In this document: positions 57,033-64,000 of the stretch, piece by piece
Layout: every line of letters starts with the position of its first letter
Numbering within the stretch: position 1 is the first letter of the stretch
From: Blastocladiella emersonii ATCC 22665
Lineage: Eukaryota; Fungi; Blastocladiomycota
Reading direction: 5' to 3'
Assembly (NCBI GenBank): GCA_025594325.1
Contig: JANHCV010000003.1
Coordinates: 2,294,001-2,358,000 of the forward strand
Length of the DNA: 64,000 nt
The notes under the pieces: model-generated
The model's database searches: none
What the model was told of the DNA's origin: nothing
Seen by the model: the letters and a program-made list of their open reading frames with translations, nothing else
Program-made: the position numbers and the translations under genes

Positions 57033-60000
57033 ATGGATCCCGCGGGCCCTGGCGAGCCGCGCGACGCGGCGTCTGCCGCACCCGCGCCCGCGGCCGCCGC
57101 GCCACCACCCGCTGCTGCCCGCGGCGACTCGTCGTCGCAGCCGCTCCTCTCGCACAACGAGGAACCTACGCCGCGCTACGTCTCCGAAACGGCCGGGACC
57201 CCGCCGCCGACGGCCGTCGTCGAGGGCGTGTACCCCCTGCAGGTCCTGCCCTCGTCATCCGGCGCCCCGGCCGCTGCCGCGACGGCGGTCCCAGCCGCGG
57301 ACCCACACGCCGGCGACGACTCGCCCGTGCCGACCACGGCGTCGTCAGCGGGCGGCGCGACGACGGCGACGGGGCACCACAACTTTGAGGTGATCGAGAT
57401 CGACCACCGGCGCAACGTGCTGCTGTACCGCGGCGACGAGGCCGTCGAGTCGCCCAACGATATCCTGCTCACGCCCGAGCCCATGGACGCAAGGCTCGGG
57501 GCGAGGCAGAACGGGTTGTCGAGCGACGAGGCGTCACGGTGCGCGTTGCTTCTGATGTGTGGAAAGGAACCGCGGCTAATGAGGGCAAGTCGCGTAGAAA
57601 GCTCTCGGACGCGGCGCGCGCGGCGCTCGACGAGGTGACGAGCCGCATCTGGGCCGACACGCCGTGTACGCTACATCGTTGGCGCGACCTGTCAGCGTAG
57701 CTGACGCGTTGCTCCCGTGTAGCCTGGTCCACCTTCTTCCTGCGCGCCGACCTCGCCATCACCGTGCTCCAGATCATCCTGATCATCGCGTACCTCGCCA
57801 CGGGCCCGACGCCCGCGACCGTCGACACCCCGCGCATGGTGACGGGCGGCCTGGGCCTCGAGCTCGCGCTGCTCGTCGCGCTGGTCGCGTGGAACGCGTT
57901 CCTGTTCTACTCGCAGGTCGAGGCGCCGACGCGCCAAGTCCTGATCCGCGCCAAGAACGCCATCGACCTGCTGTCGCGCGCCGGGCTCAACACGGTGCAG
58001 GAGATCAAGATTCCGTCGGTCCCGTCGGCGCCCATCGTGAAAGTCGTCCGCGACGGCGTCGTGCGGTCGATCCCCGCCGTGTTGCTGGTGGAAGGCGATA
58101 TCGTGGAGCTGCACTTTGGCGACCTCGCGCCCGCCGCGTGCAAGTACGTGTACGTGACAAAGCACAAGCCGGGCGCGGGCGACCGGCCCGAGTACGCGCT
58201 CGATTCGGGGCAGGGGTTTCGCCCGACGCTGTTCGGGGTCCCGCCCCCGCAGCTCATGCGGCTCGAGTCGCAGCTCAACCACGGCCGGTTCCAGTTCCGC
58301 CTCACGGCGACGCCCGTCGTGCCCGTCCTCATGAGCCTCGCCCAGGCGAGACCGCGGACGGTCATGACCAACCAGCTGCTCCGGCTCCAGGCCGCCGCGC
58401 AGCGCGTGATTCTGGTTCTCTACATTTTATCGCTCGCCGTCGCGCTCGTCCGCCACTACGTGCTCGGCCACGGCACCGCGCTCGGCATGGCGGTCGCCGC
58501 CTTCTCGGTCGTCCTCCCGCTCGTCCCGCTCCTGGTCCCGACGCTGTACCTGCTGTTCCGCAGCTTCGGCAACGCGCACGTCTCGGTGCTGTGGGAGGAG
58601 CTGCAGACGTCGAAGACCGACTACGAGGACGCGGACGAGGACGAGTTTGACGTCGAGGCGCCGCCGCCGACCAAGGAAGTGACGCTCGCCAAGTTCGACG
58701 TGCTCGCGCAGGCGCTGCGCATCGATACCTCGGACCTGACCGAGTCGCTCGGGTCCATCACGGTGCTGTGCTTCGTCGACCGCGAGGGCACCCTGACCGA
58801 GGCGTTTCCGAGCGTCGACCAGATCTTTGTCCCGCCCGACGCCATCCTCGACGTCGGGTACACGCCCGACGGCCGGTTCGTGTTCGAGGACCGCGACTGG
58901 GCCGCGCAGATGCCCCTGCTCAAGCCGCTCGGGCTCGCGTGGATGTGTCTCACGCACTGCGACCTCCGCAAGACCGAGCCCCACCGCAACCTCGCCGCTC
59001 TCCACATCCACGCCCACACCAAGGCGTCACGCCAGACGTGCCTGTGCCCGCTCGCCCGCCAGATCGGGTTTCTCGGTCCGCCCGATTACCTCGTCCCCGT
59101 CAAGGAGATCTTCACCCTCGCGCCGTACCACCCGTCGCTCGACCCGTTGCAGGACGGGGTCGGCGAGGAGGACGAGGGGCAGGCGGGCAGTGCGGCGGCG
59201 CTCGGTAAGTCGACGGCGCGGTCCATGACGTCGCTCGCGGCGCTGCGGCGGCGCGGGACGGCCACGTCGGGTCCCGTGGCGCCGTCGTCGTCGGGCGGCG
59301 CGATCCCCGAGGCTGACGAGCCTGGCGGCAGCAGCAGCGGCGACGGGCCCGCGTCCCACCACCACGCGTCCCACCACCACCACGGCGGGGAGCACGACCT
59401 GCTGCTCGAGTACGACCCGTACCACGCGCCGGCGGACCCGAGCGGGCCCATGGTCCGGACATTGCCCGACTACGAGTTCGAGGTGCCCTTCCTGCACACG
59501 ATGCTGCTGCAGGACGCGCGGTCGGGGCACCACCAGCTGATCAGCGCCGGCAGCGTCGAGAGCATCCTCGACGTGGCCACCGACGTGTGGCTCGGCGACG
59601 ACCTCGTCCCGCTCACCGACCACCAGGAACTCGCTATCGTCGAGTGGTACTGGAACACCGTCATGAATGACCACCAGATCGTCGCGTACGCGTACAAGCC
59701 CGTCCTCGACGCCGTGACGTGTTTCCCTGGTGGAAGCGGTGGGGTGGGCGAGGATGGCGCGGACGCGTTCGTGTACCTCGAGATCCCGCACCAGCCGGGC
59801 GGCGGCGGCGGCGGCGGGGCGGTGCCAAGGCGCGGGTCCGCCGAGGAGCTCGGCGCGGCGGGACCAGCAGCACCTGCGCCGCCAGGACCGCCGCCGATCC
59901 CCGAGGTCCGCGTCGCGGCCACCACGTCGGGCCCGCTGCCCGCGCTGCCCGACTCGGTCAACGAGAAGAAAATGAAGCCGCTCGACGATGACGACGATGA

Positions 60001-61544
60001 CACGAGGGTGCCCGCGGAACCCGCCTCGCCGACGCTCGCCGACCCCGCCGCCGCCGCGGTCGACGCACCACCCCCGCCCGCGTTCCCCGCGCGCCGCCGC
60101 AGCCAAGTGCGCGCCATCAACCCGGTGCACGGGCTGACGCAGAACCAGATCTTCCTCGGCCTGGTGGCGTTCGCGCACGAGCCGAAAGAGGACGTGTGCG
60201 ACGCGATCGAGGACATTGGGCTGGCGGGGATCCGGTTCGTGTACTTTTCGCCGACCAACGAGCGGCAGACCAAGGCGTTCGGCGAGCGGCTCGGGCTCGA
60301 TACCGGGTGGAACTCGTGCATCCTGCTCAGCACGCCGTCGGACCCGCACGCGTCGCCCATGTACATGGAGCGGACGGACATCAAGGCACGCCTCCCGCGC
60401 GGCGTCGACGCGATCCGCGCGCACCTGCACGACGTCGACGACATCCCCCTGCACGTCAGCCTGTTCGCCGAGTCGTCGCCCGCGTCGGTCGCGGGCATGG
60501 TGCGGATCCTGCAGGAGCACGGCGAGGTGGTGTGCGCCATGGGGTCGACGCTCAACCCGGCCAACGCGGGCATCTTCCGCGCGGCGGACCTCGGCGTCGG
60601 CGTCCAGCCCGTGCCCATCAAGAACACGTCGCCGACCGCGCGCCACGTCCCGCCGCTCGCCCTCGGGTCCACGCTCGTCTCCCTCCCCTGCCCGCTCGTC
60701 ATGCACCCGGACACGTCCCTGTACGCGTTCACCCAGCTCGTCCGCGAGGCGCGCCGCCTGTGCCGCGCCGCGCGCCAGGGGATGATCCTCGCGGCGGCGG
60801 GCGCCGGGCTCATGTCGCTCGTCCAGCTCGCGGCTCTGGCGGTTCTCCTGCCCACCTGGCGCGCGTGGCTGCTCATGTGGGTCGCGTGGGTGCTGGTCCC
60901 GATCCTCGGCGCCACGTACGCGAGCAACCCGCACGAGCCCGAGACCATGAAGGAGTTCACCGAGCGCAACGCAGAGCACGTCCGCGACCTGCGCCGGTTC
61001 GCTCGGTACTTTGTGTGGCGGTTCGCGGTCCCCGTCGTCGCCACCGTGTACTGCTACGGCGTCGCGCTCGCGGCGCAGCTGCCCGCGGGGGAGTCGTGGG
61101 AGAAAGTGTTCACGAACGCGGTGCCGTCGGTCCAGGCCGAGCTCGTCGCGTGTACCGCGCTCGTCATCTTCCTGTGCACGGCGTCGGCCACCATGGTCCA
61201 CCGCACGCAGCCGCTCTGGGCGTACTCGCCGCTCAGGAACCGGTGGTGGTGCGTCGCGGTCGTGATCATGTACGTTCTCTTTACTCGCGCGCGGCGTGGC
61301 GAGCATCAACTGACGCTCCCGAATGTGTAGCCTCGCGATCCACCTCGCCATCGTGTTCGTGTTCGCGATGCCAACACTGTCCGCGCTGCCGTGGCAGTTC
61401 CACGCGGTAGTCTTCGGCAGCCTGCCCGTGCAGGTGGTGATCCACGAGCAGATCAAGAAGCTCGACTGCCGGCAGTGGGTGCGGTTCCAGAAGCGCAGCA
61501 AGCTCGAGTTCAACACGCGGCTCGGCATGCACTCGCCCATCTGA
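57033..61544 (+). CDS. TMEM94: TMEM94-like P-type ATPase-related membrane protein (~1444 aa), 4 exons
   Basis: join(57033..57538, 57598..57665, 57723..61269, 61331..61544); KVVRDG...LLVEGDIV, LGSITVLCFVDREGTLT, QIFLGLV...EPK, GIRFVYFS, ERLGLDTGWNSCILLS, ARLPRG..IRAHL..VDDIPLHVSLF, GEVVCAMGS. Confidence 0.85.
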
Positions 61545-61601
61545 GCGGCTCGCGTGCGTAATAGAATCAATAGTTACGGTGTGCTATTCATCGCTCGGGA
61601 C

Positions 61602-63145
61602 TCAGACAGTGGTGTCTGGCGGTACCGGCCGCTTCTTGCGCCCGAACTTGCGCGGCGACGGCTTGATCGGGTGGTACGCGCCAAGGTACGACTCGTACAC
61701 GGACGCGTTGGTGTGCGGCACGGGGCCGTCGCGGTACACGCAGTCGAAGCCGCCGACGCGCATGCGGGGCGGATCACCCCCGCTGCCACCTGGCCCCGAC
61801 GTGAACCGGCGCTCCATGTCGACCACGTCAAACACGTCGTTGAGCAGGCCGTACTTGAGGTCGTAATCCCACTGTGTCTCGGCCGAGAGCGATGGCGACG
61901 CGTTGATCTCGAGCAGCCACGGGCGCAGGTCCTGGTCGATTAGAATGTCGTAGCCGTACAGCTCGAAGCAGTGCTTGTCGTTGATCATGATCTTCTGCAC
62001 CGACACGAGCGCGCGGATCATGAGCTCCTCGATCTCGTTGAACAGCGTGCGCACCGCGTCGTCGCCGTGCTTCGACGCCAGGTACAGCTTCAGGTTCCGG
62101 ATCAGCCACTTGCACCCTTTGCTGCCGTCGTAGTTGGGCGCCGTCTTCTGGATCGCCACGTTCGTCGCGTGGATGTCTGTGTTCGGGCGGCGGGTGAGTG
62201 ATGCGCGGTTGGCGAGGGTGCGAGCACGTACACATGTTGGATATGTCCTTGGCGTCCATGCTGAAGGGCGTGTTGGAGAAGCGGCAGAAGGCGTGGCGGT
62301 GGATGTAGACGGTGAGCGGGTTCCACGACGTGACGAGGGCGTAGGACCGGATGTCAAACTTCTTGCCTACGCGCACGCGATGGCCGTGAGCGACATATCA
62401 AGCCAACGAAGCGCGAAAACGTACCGCCGATGAGGTACGGCCGGTCAATGTAGCGCTGGACGATGTACGCCTCGGGCCCCTCGGCAGGCTCGCCGTTCTC
62501 GCCGCGGGCCATGAGCCTTGGGTCCTTGCGCCACCCGTTGACCTGGCTGATCTTGTTGATGAGGAAGATGCCGCGGCCCTGGGCCTTGCCGACGGGCTTC
62601 ATGATCCACACGGTACCCGCGTTGCGCTTGAACTCTTCCTGGAACAGGGCGTGTTCTTGCGGCAGGACAAACGACTTGGAGATGAGGTCGTAGCGCGCGG
62701 CCACGTCTTTCCCGCCGCCGGTGCGCGCGGGCGCTTTCGCCGTCTCCTTCATCATGCGCTTCATGTTCTTGACCAGCAGGTCCTTGCGCGTCAGCTCGTA
62801 GTGGTTCTTGAAGTGGTTGATCCGCTGGTCCTCGCGCAGGTACAGCCCGTCGTAGAACTCGTGCAGCCAGTGGATGTCGCACCAGAAAAAGTCCCACTCG
62901 GTCTCGCTACACGCGCGGGTGGTGAGCCGTGTGGCCGCGGAGGTTGTGTGTGTGCAAAGGGTACCTCTCGGTCTCCTTCCACCCGCGGTCCCGCATCACG
63001 TCGCACACCGTGTTGCGCAGCGACGTGCGGAACCGGATCTGCCGCTCCTCGCTAGATGAGGCATGGCGAGTGAGCGCCCGAGAGTCATGCGCTGCTCCGG
63101 CTATAGTTACCCTTGCGTGTTGCTGTCATTGCGTCGCTGTAGCAT
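61602..63145 (-). CDS. TTLL9: Tubulin polyglutamylase, TTLL9-like, multi-exon
   Basis: IRFRTSLRNTVCDV, WDFFWCD, INHFKNHYELTRKD, WIMKPVGKAQGRGIF, QRYIDRPYLIGG|KKFDIR, HATNVAIQK, CFELYGYDILID, PWLLEINASPSL; predicted ATG 63145 with intron 63110-63052. Confidence 0.88.
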
Positions 63146-63372
63146 CGTTTCATCGGCTGCGTAGACTTGAGGAGGGCGCGGAGAAGCAAAAAGTCGAAAC
63201 GCGTCTCCGGGCAGGCGCGAGACGCGTCGCGCCAAGCTGCGAGGTGCACGCGTGCGCCGCGTGACGGATCCGTCGACGCGTTTTCCACTTCTCCTGATCG
63301 ACCACGCGCGCGCGCCGGTTTCCACGCTCCCTCATCCCACCGCAACTGCCACGAATCAACGCAACCACCACG

Positions 63373-64000
63373 ATGACGGACCAGCTGTCCGGGAGCAAGA
63401 CCAACCTGGCGGCGGGCGGGCCGCGTGGGTCGAACCCGAACCTGAGCAACGCGCCGTCGCGGCCAAAAACCGTGTCCGTGAGCGGGCCACCCGGCGGTGG
63501 CGACGGCGGGCCCGGGCTCGCGGGGCTCGCGGGCGGGATGGCCGGTGCGTCGACCAACGTCGAGAAGGCGGCCGAGGCCGGCCAGCGCGTGTACGAGAAC
63601 ACGTACAAGATGGCGCCTGATCGCAAGTACGATTCTGTCCGCGGGAGGGATAGATGGGGAGAGGCTAACAAAGCGAGGAAGGTTCCCGACCGAGGTCGCG
63701 CGCAAGCTCACGTCCGACATCCTCGAGCGGCGGCTGACCAAGGTCACGTACTCGGCCGAGAAGGCGGCCGATCTGTCCAAGGCCATCTCGGGCGATATCA
63801 TCCAGGGGCTCAAGGGTGCGTTCGCTTCCCTCTTACCCTGATCATCGACCCTCGCCAACACGCAAGTGTAGCGCTCGGACTCGACCGGTACAAGTTCGTC
63901 GCGGACGTGACGATCGGCGAGTTCAAGGGCCAGGGGATCCGCAACGCGAGCCGCGCGCTGTGGGACCCGTCGACCGACTCGTTCACGTCGGCCACCTTCA
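63373..64000 (+). CDS. Tctex-1 family dynein light chain (TCTEX1D2-like), truncated by the window end
   Basis: YENTYKMAP..K|FP..ARK..DIL...VTYS...LSKAISGDI..LK|ALGLDRYKFVADVTIGEFKGQGIR.ASRALWD..TD; two GT-AG introns. Confidence 0.88.
   Translation, partial: MTDQLSGSKTNLAAGGPRGSNPNLSNAPSRPKTVSVSGPPGGGDGGPGLAGLAGGMAGASTNVEKAAEAGQRVYENTYKMAPDRKYDSVRGRDRWGEANKARKVPDRGRAQAHVRHPRAAADQGHVLGREGGRSVQGHLGRYHPGAQGCVRFPLTLIIDPRQHASVALGLDRYKFVADVTIGEFKGQGIRNASRALWDPSTDSFTSATF

Noticed and set aside
16-64000. Hundreds of long overlapping or antisense ORFs (Arg/Ala/Pro-rich)
   Set aside because: Shadow frames of GC-rich coding DNA with few stops; no family motifs; each is explained by a real gene in another frame.

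Overview
GC-rich eukaryotic genomic DNA with short (~58-113 bp) spliceosomal introns, mostly with GTACG(C/T) donors. Flagellar genes (TTLL9-like, Tctex1-family), presenilin and fungal-type housekeeping genes (TFIIA large subunit, COG8, Ups1/PRELI, glycogenin) point to a zoosporic fungus, probably Blastocladiomycota/Allomyces-like (inference). Layout: 0-7 kb low-complexity or orphan genes, a SPRY membrane protein and a twice-repeated 100-bp hairpin element; 7-11.4 kb an internally deleted PIF/Harbinger transposon plus a CACTA/CMC transposase relic; 11.6-20.4 kb housekeeping genes; 21-36 kb a transposon graveyard holding an F-box pseudogene, the complete PIF/Harbinger copy, CACTA-type ends and a Ty3/gypsy integrase relic; 36-39 kb an ankyrin + C2H2 gene; 39.8-49.0 kb a 9.2-kb palindrome whose apparently identical 2.44-kb arms each carry a bacterial-type serine protease gene and enclose two genes; 49.5-64 kb a giant glycogenin, a MYND-finger/presenilin fusion, TMEM94, TTLL9 and a Tctex light chain. 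Best novelty candidates: the protease palindrome with a gene-conversion signature, the MYND-presenilin fusion, the conserved-stem/variable-loop repeat and a Gln-Ser beta-arch protein. No rRNA, tRNA or CRISPR was recognised. All exon boundaries and domain calls were made by eye, with no database search.
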